Positions 1 to 7,340 of a stretch of 32,000 bases of DNA are shown here, piece after piece (position 1 is the first letter of the stretch; each line of letters begins with the position of its first letter). Source of the stretch: Megasphaera elsdenii DSM 20460 (GTDB lineage: Bacteria; Bacillota; Negativicutes; Veillonellales; Megasphaeraceae); NCBI RefSeq assembly GCF_003010495.1, contig NZ_CP027570.1:2250001-2282000 (forward strand). Reading direction: 5' to 3'. The position numbers and the translations under genes were made by a program. The notes beneath the pieces are model-generated. The model did no database searches. It was not told the origin of the DNA and saw nothing but the letters and a program-made list of their open reading frames with translations.

Positions 1-78
1 AACAGAATCATAACGTTTAATCTCTTTTTTATACTTAAAAAATATAAGTAAAACGCCGACGATGACTTAATAGTATAT

Positions 79-107
79 TTGACAGGCCATTTTAATCGTG
101 ATATACC
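79..107 (+). promoter_or_regulatory. putative sigma-70 promoter upstream of cstA
   Basis: TTGACA at 79-84, 17-nt spacer, extended -10 (TG at 99-100, TATACC at 102-107). Confidence 0.35.
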
Positions 108-230
108 TACAGGTACAGAGGCGAGCGAAAAAATCATAGCAGAGCTTTTTGTTATTCATTTACTGCATTTATTGTATCCTGCGTACCTTCGCGCATCCTC
201 TGCAGCATATTTTTTGTAGGAGGTATTCAT

Positions 231-1928
231 ATGAATGGTGTTGTTTTAGTCACCTGTGCTATCGTCATCTTGGCGGTAGCCTATCGGTTCTACGGCAAGT
301 GGCTGGCCAAGACGTGGGGCATCGATCCCAACGCCCTGACGCCGGCTCATCGCCTGGAAGACGGTCAGGATTATACGCCGTCTTCGAAATTCACGGTTTT
401 TGCCAATCAGTTCTCGTCCATTACCGGTGCCGGCCCTGTCACGGGTCCGATCATCGCCGCTGCGTACGGCTGGCTGCCGGCCTTCTTATGGCTTATGATC
501 GGCGGCGTCTTCTTCGGCGCTGTCCAGGACTTTGCCGCTCTCTATGCGTCCATGAAGAATGACGGCAAATCTATGGGCGTCCTCATCGAAAAGTATATCG
601 GCACGACGGGCCGCCGCCTGTTCCTGCTCTTCTGCTGGGTCTTCAGCCTGCTGGTCATCGCCGCTTTCGGCGATATCGTCGCTACGACGTTCAACGGCTT
701 CGCCAAGGATGGTTCCATGGTCCTGCCCAATGCCGCTGCCGCTTCCATTTCCATGTTGTTCATCTTCGTCGCCATCGCTTTTGGCCTGTTCATCAAGAAG
801 TTCAACCCCAGCGAAAAAGTCCGCTTCGTCATTGCTATCGTCCTCTTGATCGCCATGCTCTACGTCGGCATCGACCTGCCGATTTATCTGGACCGCATGA
901 CCTGGCTGTACATCATCTTCGCTTACATCTTCTTTGCGTCCATCATGCCCATGTGGCTCTTGAAACAGCCGCGTGACTATATCAGCGCCTTCCTGCTGCT
1001 CATGATGATCGCCGGCGGTGTCATCGGCATCTTCATCGCTCAGCCGACGCTGAACATGCCGGCCTTCACGTCCTTCTCTGTCGGCGGCAAGGATTTGTTC
1101 CCGATCCTGTTCATCACCATCGCCTGCGGGGCTGTTTCCGGGTTCCACAGCCTCGTTTCGTCCGGTACGTCGTCGAAGACGCTGGATAAGGAACAGGATG
1201 CCGTCTTCGTCGGCTATGGTTCCATGTGCGTCGAATCGGTCTTAGGCGTCGTATCCCTGGTCATCGCCTGCGCCGCCGCTTCCAACGGCCACGTCGCTTC
1301 GGGTACGCCCTTCCAGATTTTCTCCGGCGCTGTCGCCGGCTTCTTCACCATGTTCGGCCTGTCCCAGACCGCCGCTGCCTGCATCATGACCATGTGCGTT
1401 TCCGCCCTGGCCCTGACGACCCTCGATGCCGTCGGCCGTATCGGCCGTATGTCCTTCCAGGAACTCTTCAGCGTCGATGAAGGACAGGAAATGACGACAA
1501 TCCAGAAAATCTGCGTCAACAAATATTTCGCCACGGTCATCACGCTCTTCTTCGGCTTCCTGCTCTGCCTCGGCGGCTACATGAACATCTGGCCGCTCTT
1601 CGGCTCGGCCAACCAGCTGCTCTCGGCCATGGTCCTCATCTGCCTGACGGTCTTCCTCAAGACGACAGGCCGCAAGAGCTTCATGCTCTACGTCCCGATG
1701 GTCGTCATGTTCTGCGTCACCATGACGGCTCTCGTCGAATCGGCTTACGCCCTGATCATTAAGATCGCTTCGGGCAACTGGTCGCTCCTCATCGAAGGCC
1801 TGCAGTTCGTCCTGGCCATTGCTCTCATGGTCCTGGCTGTCTCCATCGTCTACCACTGCGGCAAAGAACTCATCCACGCCGACGATAAGACGGCACACCA
1901 AGACGCCCAGCCGACGGCTACGCATTGA
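231..1928 (+). CDS. cstA: carbon starvation protein A family transporter (CstA)
   Basis: 565-aa polytopic membrane ORF. N-terminus AVAYRFYGKWLAKTWGIDP and the SGFHSLVSSGTSSK motif are typical of CstA. AGGAGG at 218-223 lies 7 nt before the ATG. Confidence 0.9.
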   Translation: MNGVVLVTCAIVILAVAYRFYGKWLAKTWGIDPNALTPAHRLEDGQDYTPSSKFTVFANQFSSITGAGPVTGPIIAAAYGWLPAFLWLMIGGVFFGAVQDFAALYASMKNDGKSMGVLIEKYIGTTGRRLFLLFCWVFSLLVIAAFGDIVATTFNGFAKDGSMVLPNAAAASISMLFIFVAIAFGLFIKKFNPSEKVRFVIAIVLLIAMLYVGIDLPIYLDRMTWLYIIFAYIFFASIMPMWLLKQPRDYISAFLLLMMIAGGVIGIFIAQPTLNMPAFTSFSVGGKDLFPILFITIACGAVSGFHSLVSSGTSSKTLDKEQDAVFVGYGSMCVESVLGVVSLVIACAAASNGHVASGTPFQIFSGAVAGFFTMFGLSQTAAACIMTMCVSALALTTLDAVGRIGRMSFQELFSVDEGQEMTTIQKICVNKYFATVITLFFGFLLCLGGYMNIWPLFGSANQLLSAMVLICLTVFLKTTGRKSFMLYVPMVVMFCVTMTALVESAYALIIKIASGNWSLLIEGLQFVLAIALMVLAVSIVYHCGKELIHADDKTAHQDAQPTATH

Positions 1929-1930
1929 GA

Positions 1931-2039
1931 GTGTCAGCAGCTAGCAGTTAGCAGTTCGTAGGGGACGCCCAAAGGGCGTCCCGCAGAGTGCAGTTAGCTA
2001 TCAGCCATTAGCAGTTAGACACTAACGGCTAACCCCTAA
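1931..2039 (+). repeat. heptad-periodic arrays (CAGTTAG-type words) flanking a GC hairpin in the cstA 3' UTR
   Basis: gtgtCAG cagcTAG cagtTAG cagtTCG TAG at 1931-1961. Hairpin GGGGACGCCC-AAA-GGGCGTCCC at 1961-1982. Eight in-register heptamers at 1984-2039: cagagtg cagtTAG ctatCAG ccatTAG cagtTAG acacTAA cggcTAA ccccTAA. Confidence 0.7.
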
Positions 2040-2042
2040 AAA

Positions 2043-2073
2043 GGGCCTGTTGCATATGCAACGGACCCTTTTT
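2043..2073 (+). terminator. intrinsic terminator after cstA
   Basis: Stem GGGCCTGTTGCA / TGCAACGGACCC (one mismatch, one G-U) followed by TTTTT at 2069-2073. Confidence 0.7.
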
Positions 2074-2170
2074 ACTTATAAAAAATGTAATTTATAAAGT
2101 TAAATACTTATTTAGAGTCAAAAGTATAACGTTTTAATTATAAATTGTGAAAGTTTTCGCTTAAAATCCC

Positions 2171-2199
2171 TTGACAATATACTGAGTAAAGTGTACAAT
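2171..2199 (+). promoter_or_regulatory. strong sigma-70-like promoter of the cys leader
   Basis: TTGACA at 2171-2176, 17-nt spacer, extended -10 TG-TACAAT (TG at 2192-2193, TACAAT at 2194-2199). AT-rich UP-like region upstream. Confidence 0.55.
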
Positions 2200-2293
2200 C
2201 TCAGTAACGTTTCCGATAGGAAGCCATTTATTCTTAGTCATCGAATCGAGAGGTATGTTATCATGGGGTACTTAAAAAATTTGACCATCATGT

Positions 2294-2321
2294 GTTGTAC
2301 GATATGATCGTATTGTACAAC
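2294..2321 (+). promoter_or_regulatory. 28-nt near-palindrome (operator or RNA hairpin) overlapping a second candidate promoter
   Basis: GTTGTACGATATGATCGTATTGTACAAC is self-complementary at 24 of 28 positions. It overlaps candidate TTGACC (2281-2286) / TATGAT (2303-2308), 16-nt spacer. Confidence 0.4.
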
Positions 2322-2349
2322 CATTCATAAGGACAATACAATACGAAAC

Positions 2350-2448
2350 CTATTCATCCAGAGCAGCCGAGGGACTGGCCCGATGACGCTGCGGCAACCT
2401 ACGTAGGTAAGGTGCCAATTCCAGCAGGAACAACCTGGCAGATGAAGT
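2350..2448 (+). promoter_or_regulatory. SAM-I (S-box) riboswitch aptamer
   Basis: P1 is TTCATC at 2353-2358 paired with GATGAA at 2441-2446. Conserved GAGGGACTGGCCCGATGA at 2369-2386, then GCAACC, then GGTGCCAATTCCAGCA at 2411-2426, then GCAGATGAAG. These match the recalled S-box consensus. Confidence 0.9.
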
Positions 2449-2470
2449 CATGGGCATACGTCTATTTATA

Positions 2471-2505
2471 GCGCCATCTGCATGTATCAGGTGGCGCTTT
2501 TCTTT
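2471..2505 (+). terminator. riboswitch expression-platform terminator
   Basis: GCGCCATCTG (2471-2480) pairs with CAGGTGGCGC (2488-2497), 10 bp including one G-U. Followed by TTTTCTTTT. Confidence 0.85.
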
Positions 2506-2526
2506 TGCCAAGAAGGAGCTGAGTAT

Positions 2527-3459
2527 ATGGAGCATGTGGCAAAGTATTTGACTGAACTAATCGGCAACACGCCGCTTTTGGAACTGACTCATTGGCAGGC
2601 CCGGCACGGCCTCAAGGCCCGGGTCCTGGCCAAGCTGGAGTACATGAATCCCTTGGGCAGCGTCAAGGACCGCGTCGCAGCGGCGATGATTGAAGAGGGG
2701 ATTCGTCAGGGGAAAATCGATCAGGATACGGTCATCATCGAACCGACCAGCGGCAATACGGGCATCGGCCTGGCCTTGGTCGCCGCCGTGAAGGGGCTGC
2801 ACCTGATCTTGACTATGCCTGACACGATGAGCCTGGAACGGCGCAAGATCGTGTCGGCCCTGGGGGCAGAAATCGTGCTGACACCGGGCATCGAGGGGAT
2901 GCGCGGCAGCATCGGCAAAGCCGAAGAATTGAGGGATTCTTACGGCAATGCCTTCATTCCCCAGCAGTTCGACAATCCGGCCAATCCGGCCATCCATCGG
3001 CAGACGACGGCTGAAGAAATCTGGCGCGATACGGACGGAAAGGTAGACATCTTCATTTCTTCCGTCGGCACGGGCGGCACCATCACCGGTACAGCCCAGG
3101 GCCTGAAAGGCCATAAGCCGGACGTCCAGATCGTCGCTGTCGAACCGAAAGATTCGGCTGTCCTGCACGGCGGCCGGCCGGGACCGCACGCCATTCAGGG
3201 GATTGGCGCCGGGTTCATCCCGAAAGTATTGGATATGTCTCTCGTAGATGATGTGATCGACGTATCCAATGAAGATGCTTACGGCCGGGCCAGGGAAGTG
3301 GCCAAGACGGACGGCCTCCTGGTCGGTATTTCTTCCGGCGCGTCGCTGCAGGCGGCACTGGAACTGGCCAGCCGGCCGGAAAATGAAGGCAAGACCATCG
3401 TCGTCCTCCTGCCGGACGGCGGCGAACGCTACTTATCGACGGCTTTATTCGAGGGGTAA
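2527..3459 (+). CDS. cysK: cysteine synthase A / O-acetylserine sulfhydrylase
   Basis: [23 protein letters not shown] (PLP lysine motif) and [18 protein letters not shown] at 2513-2518 lies 8 nt before ATG 2527. The longer ORF start at 2482 would lie inside the terminator. Confidence 0.92.
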   Translation: MEHVAKYLTELIGNTPLLELTHWQARHGLKARVLAKLEYMNPLGSVKDRVAAAMIEEGIRQGKIDQDTVIIEPTSGNTGIGLALVAAVKGLHLILTMPDTMSLERRKIVSALGAEIVLTPGIEGMRGSIGKAEELRDSYGNAFIPQQFDNPANPAIHRQTTAEEIWRDTDGKVDIFISSVGTGGTITGTAQGLKGHKPDVQIVAVEPKDSAVLHGGRPGPHAIQGIGAGFIPKVLDMSLVDDVIDVSNEDAYGRAREVAKTDGLLVGISSGASLQAALELASRPENEGKTIVVLLPDGGERYLSTALFEG

Positions 3460-3497
3460 AGAAATAAAGATACAGCCGGTATAGAGGGGGAAAGAAC

Positions 3498-4544
3498 ATG
3501 AAGAAAAAACATATCATAGCTATACTGGCTTTCACAGCGGTATTAGCCGCCGCGGGGGCATTGGCTGGCTGCGGGCGCAGCGATACAGCCGATGGCGGCG
3601 GCACGATGACCCTGACCAATGTCTCGTATGATCCGACCCGTGAGTTATATAAAGAATATAATGAATTGTTCCAGAAACACTATCGGGAGACCACCGGCAA
3701 GGACATCCGCATCATCCAGTCCCACGGCGGATCGGGCAGTCAGGCCCGGTCGGTCATCGAAGGGAGCCGGGCTGATGTCGTGACCCTGGCCCTGGCCCAC
3801 GATATATCGCTCATCGAAAGAGCCGGTCTCATCCATGAAGGCTGGCAAAGCGATTTCGCCAACGATTCGGCGCCGTACACGTCGACCATCGTCTTCCTGG
3901 TCCGCAAGGGGAACCCGAAAGGGATACGCGACTGGGATGACCTGGTAAAGCCCGGGGTCAGCGTCATTACGCCGGACCCGAAGAGCAGCGGCGGTGCCTG
4001 CTGGAACTTCCTGGCCGCCTGGAGCTGGGGCCTTGACCATTTCGGGGGGAATGAGATCAAGACCCGTGCCTTCATGACCGACTTGTACCGCAACGTCACG
4101 GTCATGGATTCCGGCGCCCGCGGCTCGACGACGACCTTTGTCGAAAACGGACAAGGCGACGTCCTTATCGCCTGGGAAAACGAAGCGCTTTATTCGATGC
4201 GCGAATATCCCGACAAGTTCGAACTCGTCGTGCCCAGCATCAGCATCATGGCCCAGCCCAGCGTGGCTGTCGTCGACCGCCTGGCCCGGCGCAAGGGCCA
4301 CGAAGAAGCGGCCCGCCAATACTTGCAGTACCTTTATTCCGATGAGGCCCAGGAATTGGCGGCTAAGAACGGGTTCCGGCCGTCCAATCCGGACATCCTT
4401 CAGCGCTATGCCGACCGCTTCGACTTGCATGTCAAATTGACCAAGATCAGCGATTTCGGCGGCTGGGAGGCTGCGTATGTCAAATTTTTCAACGACGATG
4501 CCTTGTTCGACAAGATCATGGCCGATGTCAACGGCAACGAATAG
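3498..4544 (+). CDS. sbp: sulfate/thiosulfate ABC transporter substrate-binding lipoprotein
   Basis: Signal peptide with lipobox ALAGC. Sbp/CysP-like motifs (SHGGSGSQARSVIEG, ITPDPKSSGGA, AWENEA). Sits directly upstream of cysT, cysW and cysA. Confidence 0.88.
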   Translation: MKKKHIIAILAFTAVLAAAGALAGCGRSDTADGGGTMTLTNVSYDPTRELYKEYNELFQKHYRETTGKDIRIIQSHGGSGSQARSVIEGSRADVVTLALAHDISLIERAGLIHEGWQSDFANDSAPYTSTIVFLVRKGNPKGIRDWDDLVKPGVSVITPDPKSSGGACWNFLAAWSWGLDHFGGNEIKTRAFMTDLYRNVTVMDSGARGSTTTFVENGQGDVLIAWENEALYSMREYPDKFELVVPSISIMAQPSVAVVDRLARRKGHEEAARQYLQYLYSDEAQELAAKNGFRPSNPDILQRYADRFDLHVKLTKISDFGGWEAAYVKFFNDDALFDKIMADVNGNE

Positions 4545-4556
4545 GAGGGGAGCCGG

Positions 4557-5402
4557 ATGAAACACTTTTTTGCCCGTTCTGGCGGGCGCAATCAGATTAT
4601 TCCCGGCTTCGGCCTGACCATGGGCATGAGCATCACTATGCTGTCCCTGCTCATCCTCATCCCGCTGGCGTCAGTCCTGGCCCATTCACTGCAACTGACG
4701 GCCAATGACTATGCCAAGCTCATCACCAACAGCGGTATCCGCAACGCCTTCATCACCAGCATTTCCTGTTCCGTCCTGGCGGCGCTGGTGAACTGCGTCT
4801 TCGGCTTTATCCTGGCCTGGGTCCTGGTACGCTATGAGTTCACGGGCAAGCGCCTCCTGAACGGCGTCATCGAACTGCCCTTCGCCTTGCCGACGGCCGT
4901 CGCCGGCATCACCTTGTCCAAACTCTATTCCGATACGGGCTTCTTCGGCAGTTTCTTTGCCAGCTACGGCATACAGATTGCCTATACCAAGATCGGCCTG
5001 ACCATCGCCATGGTCTTCGTCGGGATTCCCTTCGTCGTCCGGTCCATCCAGCCGGTCCTGGAAAAGCTCGACCCGACGTATGAAGAAGCGGGCAGCATGC
5101 TCGGCGCATCGCCGTTCACCATTTTCCGGCGCATCATTTTCCCGGAACTGCGGCCGGCTTTGCTGACAGGCTTTGGCCTAGCCTTTGCCCGGGGTCTCGG
5201 CGAATATGGCAGCGTCATCTATATTTCCGGCAACAGTGCCAAGCATCACACCCAGGTCGTTTCCTACGTCATCATGCAGAAGCTCAATTACGTCGATTAC
5301 GCCAGCGCTACGGCCATTGCCTTGGCCATGCTGGTCATCGCCTTTGTCACCTTGTTTTCTATCAATATGATCCAGGTCCATCAGGCCCGGCGCGTCCAGT
5401 AG
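4557..5402 (+). CDS. cysT: sulfate ABC transporter permease CysT
   Basis: 281-aa multi-TM ORF with the ABC permease EAA-type loop (YEEAGSMLGASPFTIFRRIIFPELRPAL). GGAGGGGAG RBS. Confidence 0.88.
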   Translation: MKHFFARSGGRNQIIPGFGLTMGMSITMLSLLILIPLASVLAHSLQLTANDYAKLITNSGIRNAFITSISCSVLAALVNCVFGFILAWVLVRYEFTGKRLLNGVIELPFALPTAVAGITLSKLYSDTGFFGSFFASYGIQIAYTKIGLTIAMVFVGIPFVVRSIQPVLEKLDPTYEEAGSMLGASPFTIFRRIIFPELRPALLTGFGLAFARGLGEYGSVIYISGNSAKHHTQVVSYVIMQKLNYVDYASATAIALAMLVIAFVTLFSINMIQVHQARRVQ

Positions 5403-5417
5403 AGGAGGGGAGCCATT

Positions 5418-6248
5418 ATGAAACACAGCAAGCTGGAAATCGCCTTGCTCACAATCAGCGTCGTCTTCGTCGTGGTCATGCTCATCGTCCCCCTGGTGTC
5501 GGTCCTGGTCAATTCGCTGGCCGAAGGTTGGGAGTTCTACATCCAGGCCCTGACGACGCCGTACGTCCTGTCGGCCCTGCGCCTGACCTTGCTGGCTACG
5601 GTCGTCGCCGTCATCGTCAATACAATCTTTGGCCTCGGCGCGGCCTGGGCTATTTCCAAATTCGACTTCCGGGGCAAGCACTTCTTGACGACACTCATCG
5701 ATATCCCTTTTTCCATTTCGCCGGTCATCGCCGGCCTGGCCTTCATCATGACTTTCGGCCGCATGGGCTGGATCGGCCAGTGGATCGAAGTCCTCAACGA
5801 CTATTGGGGGACGGATATCCAGATTGTCTTCGCCATTCCCGGCGTCATCTTGGCGACGATTTTCGTCACCTTTCCCTTCGTCTTCCGGGAAATCATCCCC
5901 GTCCTCAGCACCAATGGGCGCGACGAAGAGGAAGCGGCAGCCCTCATGGGCGCCAGCGGCTGGACGATTTTCTTCCGCATCACCCTGCCGCAGATCAAAT
6001 GGGCCCTGCTCTACGGCATCGTCCTCTGTACAGCCCGGGCCCTCGGCGAATTTGGGGCCGTCAGCGCCTTGTCCAAACTGCGCGGCGAGACCTTTACGCT
6101 GCCCCTGGAAATCGACGCCCTCTATCAGTCAGGGTCAGCCGATGCCATTACGGCGGCCTTCGCCGTATCATCTCTGTTAGTACTCTTAGCCATTATCGTC
6201 CTGCTCCTTCGGACCTTCCTCGAAGCCAAGGCCGATAAGTCATCGTAA
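5418..6248 (+). CDS. cysW: sulfate ABC transporter permease CysW
   Basis: 276-aa multi-TM paralogue of cysT with an EAA loop (EEAAALMGASGWTIFFRITLPQIKWAL). GAGGAGGGGAG RBS. Confidence 0.88.
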   Translation: MKHSKLEIALLTISVVFVVVMLIVPLVSVLVNSLAEGWEFYIQALTTPYVLSALRLTLLATVVAVIVNTIFGLGAAWAISKFDFRGKHFLTTLIDIPFSISPVIAGLAFIMTFGRMGWIGQWIEVLNDYWGTDIQIVFAIPGVILATIFVTFPFVFREIIPVLSTNGRDEEEAAALMGASGWTIFFRITLPQIKWALLYGIVLCTARALGEFGAVSALSKLRGETFTLPLEIDALYQSGSADAITAAFAVSSLLVLLAIIVLLLRTFLEAKADKSS

Positions 6249-6262
6249 AGGAGGTGAAGCTC

Positions 6263-7324
6263 ATGTATGTCGAAATGAAACACATCGAAAAGAATTACGG
6301 CTCCTTCCATGCGTCGCGCGACGTTTCCTTTGGCATCGACAAGGGCAAGCTCGTCGCCCTCCTCGGTCCCAGCGGCAGCGGCAAGACGACGATTCTGCGC
6401 ATGCTGGCCGGCCTGGAGAATCCCAACAGCGGCGACATCTTCATCGACGGCCGCCGGGTCAACGACATTCCCGCTGCCAAGCGGGGCATCGGCTTCGTCT
6501 TCCAGAACTACGCCTTGTTCCGCTATATGACCGTTTTCGATAACGTCGCCTTCGGCCTGGAGATACAGAAGCGGCCGAAAGATGAGATACGCCGCCGCGT
6601 CCTGGAAATGATCGACCTCGTCGGCCTTTCCGGCATGGAAAAGCGCTATCCCAACCAGCTCTCCGGCGGTCAGCGCCAGCGCGTGGCCTTTGCCCGGGCT
6701 CTGGCACCGAATCCCCAGGTCCTGCTCCTGGATGAGCCCTTTGCCGCCATCGACGCCAAGGTCCGCCAGGAACTGCGCAACTGGCTGAAGGATACGATCC
6801 ACCGCGTCGGCATTACCAGCATCTTCGTCACCCACGACCAGGATGAAGCCGTCGAAGTGGCCGATGAAATCATCATCACCAACCACGGCCGTATCGAACA
6901 GGTTGGCACACCGCTGGACATATACCGCCAGCCGCAGACACCTTTTGTAGCTCAATTTATCGGAACTCCGGTTGTCATCAATAACTGCAACATCCTCACA
7001 GGGTTTCTCAGCATCGGACAAGGAAAACAAGCCATTGTCCGGCCGGAATTTCTCAAGATCTATAAATACGGTACAATGAAGCAGTATATCAGTGCCGCCG
7101 AAGAAGGGACCGTCGAAGCCGTCGTCTTCCGGGGCAGCCATCTCGACGTGACCGTCCGCATCAAGGGCCTGGCCGTCCATGGAGAATATTCTTTCGACGA
7201 CCCGCCTTTGAATGTCGGAGAGACCGTCCAGGTCCTGATTTACCGCTTGTATGTCCTCGACGGCGACAAGACGTATTTGAAAGAAAACAGCGCCATGACT
7301 TCGGCCGACGTTTTCTATATTTAA
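6263..7324 (+). CDS. cysA: sulfate ABC transporter ATP-binding protein CysA
   Basis: Walker A GPSGSGKTT, signature LSGGQRQRVA, Walker B LLLDEP. AAGGAGG at 6248-6254 lies 8 nt before ATG 6263. The ORF-track start at 6254 is a GTG inside the RBS. Confidence 0.9.
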   Translation: MYVEMKHIEKNYGSFHASRDVSFGIDKGKLVALLGPSGSGKTTILRMLAGLENPNSGDIFIDGRRVNDIPAAKRGIGFVFQNYALFRYMTVFDNVAFGLEIQKRPKDEIRRRVLEMIDLVGLSGMEKRYPNQLSGGQRQRVAFARALAPNPQVLLLDEPFAAIDAKVRQELRNWLKDTIHRVGITSIFVTHDQDEAVEVADEIIITNHGRIEQVGTPLDIYRQPQTPFVAQFIGTPVVINNCNILTGFLSIGQGKQAIVRPEFLKIYKYGTMKQYISAAEEGTVEAVVFRGSHLDVTVRIKGLAVHGEYSFDDPPLNVGETVQVLIYRLYVLDGDKTYLKENSAMTSADVFYI

Positions 7325-7340
7325 TGAAGGAGTTTATGCT

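Noticed and set aside
486-1925. Long minus-strand ORFs (486-1148, 1242-1925) antisense to cstA.
   Set aside because: Their translations are low-complexity and rich in D, E, G, R and A. They mirror the codon bias of a well-supported sense gene and have no RBS. They are typical shadow ORFs.
2482-2526. Upstream start for cysK given by the ORF track ([15 protein letters not shown]...).
   Set aside because: These codons lie inside the riboswitch terminator hairpin and T-run. ATG 2527 has a proper AAGGAG RBS and matches the usual CysK N-terminus.
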